Shown: piece after piece, positions 7,915 to 15,718 of the stretch
Layout: each line of letters starts with the position of its first letter
Numbering within the stretch: the stretch's first letter is position 1
Assembly: GCA_050013715.1 (NCBI GenBank)
Contig: JBEKES010000020.1
Location: 1-15,718 of the forward strand
From: Candidatus Micrarchaeaceae archaeon
GTDB taxonomy: Archaea; Micrarchaeota; Micrarchaeia; Micrarchaeales; Micrarchaeaceae
Length of the DNA: 15,718 nucleotides
Direction: 5' to 3'
The notes under the pieces: generated by a model
The model's database searches: none
What the model was told of the DNA's origin: nothing
The model's input: the letters and a program-made list of their open reading frames with translations, nothing else
Program-made: the position numbers and the translations under genes

Positions 7915-8151
7915 ATGACCGTAGATATGCCTGCTGCAATAGCCGCTCTTTCTGCTGCTGCAGCAATAATAGGTACAGGAATTGGAACAGCGATAACGCA
8001 ATCTGCAATAGGAAGTGCAGGTATGGGGCTTCTTGCGGAAAAGCCGGAAGAAACAGGAAAGGTGCTTTTGTTCCTGGTATTGCCAGAAACAATCCTGATA
8101 TTCGGCTTCGTAGTTGCTATACTGATATTGCTTGGCGCAGGTTTCGTATAA
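7915..8151 (+). CDS. atpK: A/V-type ATP synthase proteolipid subunit K (c), single hairpin
   Basis: 78-aa hydrophobic hairpin with an AEKPE loop and the ion-binding Glu in LPETI. A GGTGA SD lies upstream. Confidence 0.95.
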   Translation: MTVDMPAAIAALSAAAAIIGTGIGTAITQSAIGSAGMGLLAEKPEETGKVLLFLVLPETILIFGFVVAILILLGAGFV

Positions 8152-8166
8152 TAGTCGGTGAGCTAA

Positions 8167-8718
8167 ATGGCTCTAGATGAACTTACAAGGAACATAGAGC
8201 AGGAGGCTAAAGCAGAAGCCTCAAGGCTAGGCAAGGAAGCAAGCAGCGAAAGCAGCGCAATAATAGAGAATGCAAAAAAACTTGCAGACGCACTGAAGAA
8301 AAAAAGGAAAGAAGAGGCAGAAGTAGAAGTTGATAACAAGAAAAGAGACGTGGCAAGCGCATTGGAAATAGAATCCAACGAGATTCTTTCCAGTGCAAGG
8401 GAGGAAAGTGTTGACAGGCATTTGCCGCAATTAAATGCAATAATAAAGAAGAAGTTCTCCGCCAAAGAATCAGAGATAATAAAAAACGCATTGAAAAGGT
8501 TCTCGGACATAATGCCTCTTGACAATGCCATTGTAAAGATAGACAAAAGCAATGCAAAGCTGGTGAAGGCAAATGCGAAAATCGAAAATGCAAGCATAAC
8601 GGGAGTGGTAATAACCTCAAGCGATGGGAAAGTAAAGGCAGATGCAACGATCGAGAGCCTCATGGACTCGAATCTCGACGCAATAAGGAGAATACTATCA
8701 AAGGAACTTGGAAAGTGA
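8167..8718 (+). CDS. atpE: A/V-type ATP synthase subunit E
   Basis: MALDELTRNIEQEAKAEA coiled-coil N-terminus and C-terminal GVVITSSDGKVKADATIES. GGTGA SD and expected operon position. Confidence 0.9.
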   Translation: MALDELTRNIEQEAKAEASRLGKEASSESSAIIENAKKLADALKKKRKEEAEVEVDNKKRDVASALEIESNEILSSAREESVDRHLPQLNAIIKKKFSAKESEIIKNALKRFSDIMPLDNAIVKIDKSNAKLVKANAKIENASITGVVITSSDGKVKADATIESLMDSNLDAIRRILSKELGK

Positions 8719-9775
8719 TGGATTGAGTTTGTACAAGAACGCGATAAAATACGGGTATTCCAACACAAGGACAAAGGCAATGGAATCAAAACTGATAGAC
8801 ACAAGCACCATGCGCAGCATTGCCGATGCAAAGGACGTTGATTCGATACTATCCATACTTTTCCAAACCGACTACAATGCAGCAATAACAAAATTCGGAG
8901 GATTGGAGATAAGCCCGCTGATGCTCGACTTTGCAGTGAGCGAGAACATGACAGAACGAATCAACAAACTGGCGCAGATAACCCCAAAAAGTGACCAGCA
9001 CATAATAAAGAAATTAACCGCAAGGTGGGATTTGAACAACGTAAAGCTTGTTCTCGAGGCAATGGACAGGAAAAAACCGTTTGAATCAATAGAGAGATAC
9101 ATAATAAGCTCGAGCGAATTCAACCCTTCATTGCTTCGCGAGGTAATGAAATACGATAATATAGAAGATGCAATAACAAGATTGATGCGCAACAAGCACT
9201 ACAGGCCCATGCTTGCAAAGGCATTGGTTTCCTACAAGAAAACTGGAAACGTGCTTGATGCAATGGCAACGCTCGACATAGAGCACTACAAAGATCTTGG
9301 AGATCTTGTGGCTGAGCTCGGCAAGGACAAGTCCGTTGAACTGCTCAAGATGGACATCGACATGCGAAACATGATAACATTGCTGCGCGCAAAAAGGAAA
9401 ATGCTGAAATTTTCAGATGTATCAAACAACTTGATAGAAAACGGGAACATGAGCAAAAGAGAACTATTGAGAATTTACACAATAGCAAGCGATGTTACAT
9501 CTTTTGTGCTCAGATCAAAGAGCTTCGACCTTAAGGACGCTTCAGAGATATACAACCAGAACGGGCAGTTATTGACATTTGAGATAAGCATGAGGAATCA
9601 AATATTCAACCAAAGCCTGAAATTATTGAAGACAAGCGTACTTTCACTTGGAGCGCTTGTGGATTATATTTATTTGAAGGAAATAGAGGTATTTACGCTA
9701 AGAGCATTAATAAAAAGCAAGGAATATGGCCTTTCAAAGGAGGACATTCAAAAGCTGGTAGTTTGGAATCTATAA
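8708..9775 (+). CDS. atpC: A/V-type ATP synthase subunit C (d/AC39 family)
   Basis: YGYSNTRTKAMESKLI, WDLNNVKLVL, IDMRNMITLLRAK and YIYLKEIEVFTLRAL. TTG start at 8708, or at 8723 after AAGTGA. Confidence 0.93.
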   Translation: MESDGLSLYKNAIKYGYSNTRTKAMESKLIDTSTMRSIADAKDVDSILSILFQTDYNAAITKFGGLEISPLMLDFAVSENMTERINKLAQITPKSDQHIIKKLTARWDLNNVKLVLEAMDRKKPFESIERYIISSSEFNPSLLREVMKYDNIEDAITRLMRNKHYRPMLAKALVSYKKTGNVLDAMATLDIEHYKDLGDLVAELGKDKSVELLKMDIDMRNMITLLRAKRKMLKFSDVSNNLIENGNMSKRELLRIYTIASDVTSFVLRSKSFDLKDASEIYNQNGQLLTFEISMRNQIFNQSLKLLKTSVLSLGALVDYIYLKEIEVFTLRALIKSKEYGLSKEDIQKLVVWNL

Positions 9776-10101
9776 AAAAATACAAGATAGCAGTTGTGGG
9801 CAATACTCAACTAGTGCTAGGATTCAGACTATCTGGAATAATTGAAACCTACAGAACAGGAAAGGGAGACAGCAGCGAGAAAACAATGAGAGAACTAATG
9901 CAAAGAGAGGATATAGGACTCATAATAACTACCTCAAAGTCATTGGACGAGATAAAAGACAGGAAGCTCTCAACTGCAATAGCAGATAGTGTATTGCCAA
10001 TGATAATAGAAGTACCAGATTACAAAGAAGAAGGGCAGCCCGACACTTTAAGAAAATTGATACTGAGGGCAATAGGAATTGATATCAGCAAAAATGCTTA
10101 A
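9763..10101 (+). CDS. atpF: A/V-type ATP synthase subunit F
   Basis: KIAVVGN..LVLGFRLSGI, DIGLII, PMIIEVPD and RAIGIDI. The TTG start overlaps the end of atpC. Confidence 0.95.
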   Translation: MESIKKYKIAVVGNTQLVLGFRLSGIIETYRTGKGDSSEKTMRELMQREDIGLIITTSKSLDEIKDRKLSTAIADSVLPMIIEVPDYKEEGQPDTLRKLILRAIGIDISKNA

Positions 10102-10113
10102 CTAGGTGATTAT

Positions 10114-13100
10114 ATAGGAATTATTGAAAAGGTCTCAGGACCATTAGTAGTAGCAAAGGATATGTTAGGAAGCAACATGTATGACGTTGTAAAAGTAGGA
10201 ACCGCAAGTCTGATAGGCGAAATAATACAGTTGAGAGGAGAAAAAGCAGTTATACAAGTATATGAAGACACTACAGGTCTAAGACCCGGAGAACCTGTTG
10301 AATCTACAGAGCTTCCATTATCCGTTAAGCTTGGTCCTGGCCTTCTAACAAAGATATACGACGGTATTCAAAGACCTCTTGAAATATTGAAAAGCAAGAG
10401 CGGAGCATTCATAGGAAAGGGAATAACAGCAGAGCCAATAGAAACAAAAAAGAAATGGAAATTCGTAGTAGATAAAAACATAAAGAAAGGAAGTGCAGTG
10501 AAAGAGGGAGACATACTTGGTTATGTCCAGGAAACGGAATCAATAAAGCACTACATAATGGTACCACAGGGAGTTCAAGGCAAAATAAAAAAGATAAACT
10601 CTGGAACATTTACTATTGATGAAACAGTTGCAGTAGTTGAACAAGGAAGCAAGAGCACAAATGTAAAAATGTCCCAGGAGAGATCGGTAAGAAAATCATC
10701 AAGAATAAAAAGAAAATTCAGGGCAAACGAGCCGCTTATAACAGGATTGAGAGTAATTGATACATTATTCCCGATAGCAAAAGGAGGCAGTGCTGCAATA
10801 CCTGGTCCTTTCGGTGCAGGAAAGTGTGTATCAGGAGATACACATGTATTACTTGATGATGGTAGTTTGATAAGAATGGATCAGCTTTATGCAAAATGTA
10901 AAGAGATAGGATCATCTAAATTTGGAGATAATGAAGAGATAATAGAATTAAATGGAATAGGACTCAATTCTTTGAAAGATTCAAGGATAATTAAGAGCAC
11001 ATCAAAAACTTTCTATAAAGGCATGTCTGACAGCTTGATAAGTATTAAGACACGTAGCGGCAGAAGCGTAAGAGTAACTCCTGTGCATAAACTTTTTGAA
11101 ATATCTGGAAATGGCACAATAATAGAAACAATGGCGAAAGATTTGAAAGTGGGTAACTTCATTTCTTCTGTGAGAAAACTTGACATTAACCCAGAGGATT
11201 CAGGGATAAACGTGTATGAATTGAAACAGTTACTTGAAGCAAGAGCCGCAGATCCAGAAATCAAAAAGGTTGCATCAGAAATGGCTAAGCATGCTTTGAA
11301 AAACAATATAAAAGTAAATCTAGAAAGAAATATTCTGAAACGCATTGTTATTGGAAATAATACACCAAGATTAATATGGATAAAGGAGCTTTGCTCTGCA
11401 TTGAATGTACCATTAATCATTCCGCAAAAATTAATAGGAGATAGATTTGGAAAGGAAATAAAAATACCTTCAAAGATGAATAGCGATATTGCAGAATTTT
11501 TAGGATACTTTGTTTCTGAAGGTTACATAAGAGATAATCGAACAGTAGTATTTACTAACATTGAAGAGGATTTGCTTAATAGATTCATGGAATTATCTTA
11601 TAATATTTTTGGAATAGAAGGTAAAAAGGAGTATCCAAAAGATAGGACACCCAAAGTATTATTGAATAGTAGGATATTAGTAAGATTTATCGAATCTTTA
11701 AATGTAGGAGAAGATTCATCAACTAAACAAATTCCAGAATTATTGCTTAAATCAAGCAATAAGTCAATTTCAAAATTCCTTACTTCTTATTATATAGGAG
11801 ATGGATCATATTATGATGGAGAGGTAGAATTTACTACAGCAAGCAGCATTTTACAGACCCAATTGTCCTATGTACTTACCCGATTTGGTATATTGCATAC
11901 AATGGGAAATAGAGTTATAAACGATAAGGATTACTTCAGAATCTTCATAAGAGGAAAAGAAAATCTTACTTTGATTTCAAATGTCATAATTGGAGAGCAT
12001 CAAAAAATCAAAAAAATAATCGCTTATGTAAATTCTGACAAGCAAACTTATACAAGTATAGACATAGTTCCAATATCCGCAGAGAAGATAGAACAGTTAT
12101 ACAAAGCTAATTTAAAATATTCTGAACTTTTAAAGAAAGGCATAGAAATACATAATTACATAGGAAACAAAGAAAAAATGAGCAGAAATACTTTCAAAAA
12201 TTTTGCAGAATCAATAAATGTTGCTTCTGGAAACCAATTAATGAAATCTGAGATATCAGAGCTTGCAGAGGCGCTTGATTATATATATTGTGACGAGATT
12301 GCTGAGATAAAAGTTGAAAATGGACCATTTGAAGTTTACGATGTTTCTGTTCCTGATTTCGGAAGTAACTTCATTGGAGGAAATGGAGGAATTATACTTC
12401 ACAATACTGTTACTCAACAAAGCCTTGCAAAATATGCAGATAGCGACATAGTTGTATACGTAGGATGCGGAGAGCGTGGAAACGAAATGACAGAAGTACT
12501 TACAGAATTTCCCGAATTAAAAGATCCAAAAACAGGAAGACCTCTTATGGAACGAACTGTGCTTATTGCAAACACAAGCAACATGCCAGTGGCTGCAAGA
12601 GAGGCTAGCATTTATACAGGAATAACAATCGCTGAATATTTCCGTGACATGGGCTACAACGTAGCAATCATGGCAGATTCCACTTCAAGATGGGCCGAGG
12701 CGATGAGGGAAATTTCAGCAAGATTAGAGGAAATGCCTGGAGAAGAAGGTTATCCAGCATATCTTCCAAAAAGATTGGCAGAATATTATGAACGAAGCGG
12801 AAAGGTAGAGAATCTTAATGGAACAATAGGATCTGTTACAATTATTGGTGCAGTTTCTCCACCAGGAGGAGACATTTCTGAACCAGTATCGCAAGGAACA
12901 TTACGAGTTGTAAAGGCATTCTGGTCGCTTGACGCATCGCTTGCCGGATCAAGGCACTTCCCAGCAATAAACTGGCTGAATAGTTATTCTCTTTACAATG
13001 ACGCACTTGAATATTGGTACACTGAAAATGTAGGTGAAGAATTCGTAAAGAACAGAAAGGAAACGATGAAAATTCTGCAGAGAGAAGCAGAGCTCAAGGA

Positions 13101-13569
13101 TATCGTGCAATTGGTAGGAGAGGATGCACTTCCAGATTCCGAGAGAATATTATTGGAAATAGGGCGTATGCTACGAGAAGATTATCTGCGACAGAGTGCA
13201 TTCGACGACATTGATGCATTTTCCAGTTTGAAGAAGCAGGAGATAATGCTTTCCACAATGCTCTACTTTGCAGATTCTGCAAACGAGGCAGTGAAGAACG
13301 GAGCGAACGTTGCATCAATAGCAAAAATGAAAACAAGAGCTGATATTTCAAGAATGAAAGGAATCAAGGAAAGCGAAATTGAAGCAGCGTCAAAGAAAAT
13401 GAAGAATGAGATTACAATGGAATTCAACAAGCTTGCAAAAGAACTGGGAAGCACAGTTTCAGAGGAAGAAACCCCAGCAAAAAAAGAGGCAAGTGAGGAA
13501 CAGAAACTCGAACAAGTGCCAGAGGAAAAAGCGGAGCATCAGAAAGCTCCAAAAAAGAAAAGGAGATGA
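10114..13569 (+). CDS. atpA: A/V-type ATP synthase catalytic subunit A, intein-containing precursor
   Basis: Walker A GPFGAGK/T is split by an intein. Also [47 protein letters not shown] and [13 protein letters not shown]. The conserved N-terminus ([13 protein letters not shown]) lies upstream of the first ATG (10162), so the start is inferred at ATA 10114. Confidence 0.97.
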   Translation: MGIIEKVSGPLVVAKDMLGSNMYDVVKVGTASLIGEIIQLRGEKAVIQVYEDTTGLRPGEPVESTELPLSVKLGPGLLTKIYDGIQRPLEILKSKSGAFIGKGITAEPIETKKKWKFVVDKNIKKGSAVKEGDILGYVQETESIKHYIMVPQGVQGKIKKINSGTFTIDETVAVVEQGSKSTNVKMSQERSVRKSSRIKRKFRANEPLITGLRVIDTLFPIAKGGSAAIPGPFGAGKCVSGDTHVLLDDGSLIRMDQLYAKCKEIGSSKFGDNEEIIELNGIGLNSLKDSRIIKSTSKTFYKGMSDSLISIKTRSGRSVRVTPVHKLFEISGNGTIIETMAKDLKVGNFISSVRKLDINPEDSGINVYELKQLLEARAADPEIKKVASEMAKHALKNNIKVNLERNILKRIVIGNNTPRLIWIKELCSALNVPLIIPQKLIGDRFGKEIKIPSKMNSDIAEFLGYFVSEGYIRDNRTVVFTNIEEDLLNRFMELSYNIFGIEGKKEYPKDRTPKVLLNSRILVRFIESLNVGEDSSTKQIPELLLKSSNKSISKFLTSYYIGDGSYYDGEVEFTTASSILQTQLSYVLTRFGILHTMGNRVINDKDYFRIFIRGKENLTLISNVIIGEHQKIKKIIAYVNSDKQTYTSIDIVPISAEKIEQLYKANLKYSELLKKGIEIHNYIGNKEKMSRNTFKNFAESINVASGNQLMKSEISELAEALDYIYCDEIAEIKVENGPFEVYDVSVPDFGSNFIGGNGGIILHNTVTQQSLAKYADSDIVVYVGCGERGNEMTEVLTEFPELKDPKTGRPLMERTVLIANTSNMPVAAREASIYTGITIAEYFRDMGYNVAIMADSTSRWAEAMREISARLEEMPGEEGYPAYLPKRLAEYYERSGKVENLNGTIGSVTIIGAVSPPGGDISEPVSQGTLRVVKAFWSLDASLAGSRHFPAINWLNSYSLYNDALEYWYTENVGEEFVKNRKETMKILQREAELKDIVQLVGEDALPDSERILLEIGRMLREDYLRQSAFDDIDAFSSLKKQEIMLSTMLYFADSANEAVKNGANVASIAKMKTRADISRMKGIKESEIEAASKKMKNEITMEFNKLAKELGSTVSEEETPAKKEASEEQKLEQVPEEKAEHQKAPKKKRR
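10825..12405 (+). mobile_element. VMA-type intein (527 aa) with LAGLIDADG homing endonuclease, inserted in the AtpA P-loop
   Basis: N-junction [10 protein letters not shown] (block A), block [18 protein letters not shown] motifs [11 protein letters not shown] and [10 protein letters not shown], block F VYDVSVP, and C-junction IILHN|T. The DNA is more AT-rich than the host gene. Confidence 0.96.
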
Positions 13570-13573
13570 TTAG

Positions 13574-14956
13574 ATGAAATTAGACATACAATATAACACA
13601 ATAGAAAGCGTTGCAGGGCCTTTGATAGTTGTAGGAAAAGTAGGCAATGCATCATACAATGAAATAGTAAAGATAAGGCTTGCAAACGGAGAAGAACGAT
13701 TAGGCCAGGTTCTTGAAACAACGGACGTTCATGCGATTGTGCAGGTATTCGGACCGACAAATGGAATAGACGTAAAAAACACTTCGGTAAGTTTTCTTGG
13801 GGAGACGTTCACAGTTAGGGCAAGCGAGGATATGCTTGGCAGAGTATTCAACGGCCAAGGCAAACCGAAGGACGGGGCAGGAGCGATATCAAGCGGAGAG
13901 AAAAAGGACATAAACGGAGAGCCGATAAACCCAGCTTCGAGAGGAATGCCCAGCGACTTCATTGAAACTGGAATATCAACAATAGATGGATTAAATACAT
14001 TGGTAAGAGGACAGAAGCTCCCCATATTCTCAGGTTCAGGATTACCACACAACGAGCTTACCGCTCAAATTACAAGGCAGGCAAAGGTAAAGGGAACCAG
14101 CGAAAACTTTGCAGTTGTATTTGCAGGAATAGGGATCACCTACGATGACGCAGAATATTTCGTAAGCGAATTCAGGAAAACAGGAGCAATGAAAAGAACA
14201 GTTGCATTCGTAAATCTTGCAGATGATCCGAGCATTGAGAGAATAATTACTCCAAGACTTGCGCTAACAACTGCAGAATATCTTGCCTATGAGAAAGGCA
14301 TGCACGTGCTCGTAATACTTAACGACATGACAAACTATGCAGAGGCATTGAGAGAATTGTCAAGCGCAAGGGAAGAAGTACCTGGAAGAAGAGGATATCC
14401 AGGTTACATGTACACTGACTTTGCAAGCATATACGAAAGGGCAGGAATACTAAAAGGCAAAAAGGGAAGCATAACCCAATTGAATGTAGTTACAATGCCG
14501 AGCGACGACGTAACCCATCCGATACCTGACCTTACCGGTTATATTACCGAAGGGCAGATGTATCTAAGCAGAGAACTATTCAACAAGGGAATGTATCCAC
14601 CAATAAATCCAATAGGTTCGCTTTCAAGGCTTATGAACAGCGGAATAGGAAAAGGAAAAACCCGTGAAGATCACAGAGGAGTTGCAGACCAGCTTTACGG
14701 AGCCTACGCAAGAGCCCAGGATGCAAAGTCATTGAGCTCGATAGTAGGAGTAGAAGCATTGAGCGAAAGCGACAAGCAGTATCTTGGATTCGGAAACGAA
14801 TTTGAGAACAAATTCATAAAGCAAGGAGCCTATGAAAGCAGGGACATAGAGAAAACCTTATCAATAGGATGGGATTTGCTATCGGCGCTGCCTGAAACGG
14901 AGCTCACAAGAATAAAAGAGGAATACGTAAAGAAATACTACAAGGGAAGCAAATGA
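13574..14956 (+). CDS. atpB: A/V-type ATP synthase subunit B
   Basis: [73 protein letters not shown] and SLSRLM..GIG.GKTREDH. Confidence 0.98.
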   Translation: MKLDIQYNTIESVAGPLIVVGKVGNASYNEIVKIRLANGEERLGQVLETTDVHAIVQVFGPTNGIDVKNTSVSFLGETFTVRASEDMLGRVFNGQGKPKDGAGAISSGEKKDINGEPINPASRGMPSDFIETGISTIDGLNTLVRGQKLPIFSGSGLPHNELTAQITRQAKVKGTSENFAVVFAGIGITYDDAEYFVSEFRKTGAMKRTVAFVNLADDPSIERIITPRLALTTAEYLAYEKGMHVLVILNDMTNYAEALRELSSAREEVPGRRGYPGYMYTDFASIYERAGILKGKKGSITQLNVVTMPSDDVTHPIPDLTGYITEGQMYLSRELFNKGMYPPINPIGSLSRLMNSGIGKGKTREDHRGVADQLYGAYARAQDAKSLSSIVGVEALSESDKQYLGFGNEFENKFIKQGAYESRDIEKTLSIGWDLLSALPETELTRIKEEYVKKYYKGSK

Positions 14957-15567
14957 TAAACCCAACCCGAATGAATCTGATAGTCACAAAGAGAAAGATA
15001 ATTATGGCCAAAAAGGGCTATAACGTACTTAAGAGAAAGCGAGAAGTGTTGGTAATAGAGTTTCTGCGACTATTGAAACAATCAAGGCAGAACCGCACAG
15101 TTTTGAACAAGCTGATGCAGAATGCATACAGGTCCATAACAATCGCATCTGCATATACAGGAGACTTCGAATTAGAGTCAACGGCGATGCATGTTCCTGA
15201 GGCTGAACGCATAAGCATAACGCTCAAAGGGGTCATGGGAGTGCAAATCCCTGAGATAATAAAAGCGGAAAGCATAGGAAAGGCGAATTACAACCTCATG
15301 TCAACAAGCATTGCAGTAGATGACATAAACGAATCATTCACAAAAGCATTAGAAACTGTTGTTGATGTTGCGCAAAGAGAATTGGGCCTCAAAAGGCTTG
15401 TGCTTGAAATAGAAAAGTCAAAAAGAAGAGTAAACGCGCTGGAATACAAGAGAATTCCCGAATTGGCAAAGCAGTCAAAATACATCTCAATGCGATTGGA
15501 CGAAATAGACAGGGACAATTTCTCTGCACTAAAGCACGTCAAGAAAAGGCTCCAAAAAGCCAGATAG
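14953..15567 (+). CDS. atpD: A/V-type ATP synthase subunit D
   Basis: [42 protein letters not shown] and [15 protein letters not shown] overlap with the atpB stop. Confidence 0.96.
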   Translation: MINPTRMNLIVTKRKIIMAKKGYNVLKRKREVLVIEFLRLLKQSRQNRTVLNKLMQNAYRSITIASAYTGDFELESTAMHVPEAERISITLKGVMGVQIPEIIKAESIGKANYNLMSTSIAVDDINESFTKALETVVDVAQRELGLKRLVLEIEKSKRRVNALEYKRIPELAKQSKYISMRLDEIDRDNFSALKHVKKRLQKAR

Positions 15568-15616
15568 TTCAAATCTGAATTGGAGCAAATTATAGATGGG
15601 GTTATATTAAAGGAAC

Positions 15617-15709
15617 GATTTCACCCATTTGGACCACCTATCCGTTTGATTTCACCCATTTTGGCTACTTATCCAGTTCATTTCACCCATCTTACTGGTT
15701 ATACCTGCT
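15617..15709. repeat. Three degenerate 31-bp tandem units with an invariant ATTTCACCCAT core
   Basis: ATTTCACCCAT occurs at 15618, 15649 and 15680, an exact 31-bp period. Units 1 and 2 also share TATCC at the same offset. Confidence 0.85.
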
Positions 15710-15718
15710 GTCTGCTTG

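Noticed and set aside
8716..8726. ATG overlapping the atpE stop as the atpC start
   Set aside because: ATG 8718 is out of frame with atpC and reads ATG GAT TGA, so atpC must use a TTG.
9763..13569. Genuine atpF-atpA fusion gene or atpA pseudogene
   Set aside because: AtpF ends at its normal C-terminus (RAIGIDI..), and an SD precedes the conserved AtpA N-terminus. Independent initiation is simpler, and atpA is otherwise intact.
5987..15572. Long antisense ORFs over the ATP synthase operon (e.g. 7256-7870, 8163-8891, 5987-6463)
   Set aside because: They are shadows of well-conserved plus-strand genes and have no recognisable motifs.
15568..15600. Intrinsic terminator after atpD
   Set aside because: There is no clear oligo-T tract or strong hairpin, only a weak TTCA..TGAA inverted repeat.
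15617..15709. CRISPR array or TIGR-like guide array
   Set aside because: The core is only 11-12 bp, there are three units, the spacers resemble each other, and no cas or other effector gene is in view. The unit length fits neither system as I know them.

Overview
Archaeal genomic DNA, judged from GGTGA-type Shine-Dalgarno motifs, TATA boxes, an archaeal-type TrpRS and an A/V-type ATP synthase. A DPANN/Micrarchaeota-like origin is plausible but cannot be shown from this window. Positions 1-2700 are AT-rich and look accessory: a minus-strand operon (DUF218/YdcF-like protein, GNAT acetyltransferase, class I SAM methyltransferase, and a nucleotidyltransferase-like gene cut by the window edge and absent from the ORF track) plus a divergent orphan ORF. 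This block lies just past the 3' end of a tRNA-Thr(UGU). The middle holds trpS, a MOP/Wzx-type flippase and the tRNA, tightly packed on the minus strand. Positions 5685-15567 are a complete A1AO/V-type ATP synthase operon (H-I-K-E-C-F-A-B-D). atpA carries a 527-aa LAGLIDADG intein in its Walker A motif, appears to start at a non-canonical ATA codon and ends in a charged tail (PKKKRR). Downstream of atpD is an unexplained non-coding array of three ATTTCACCCAT motifs with an exact 31-bp period.
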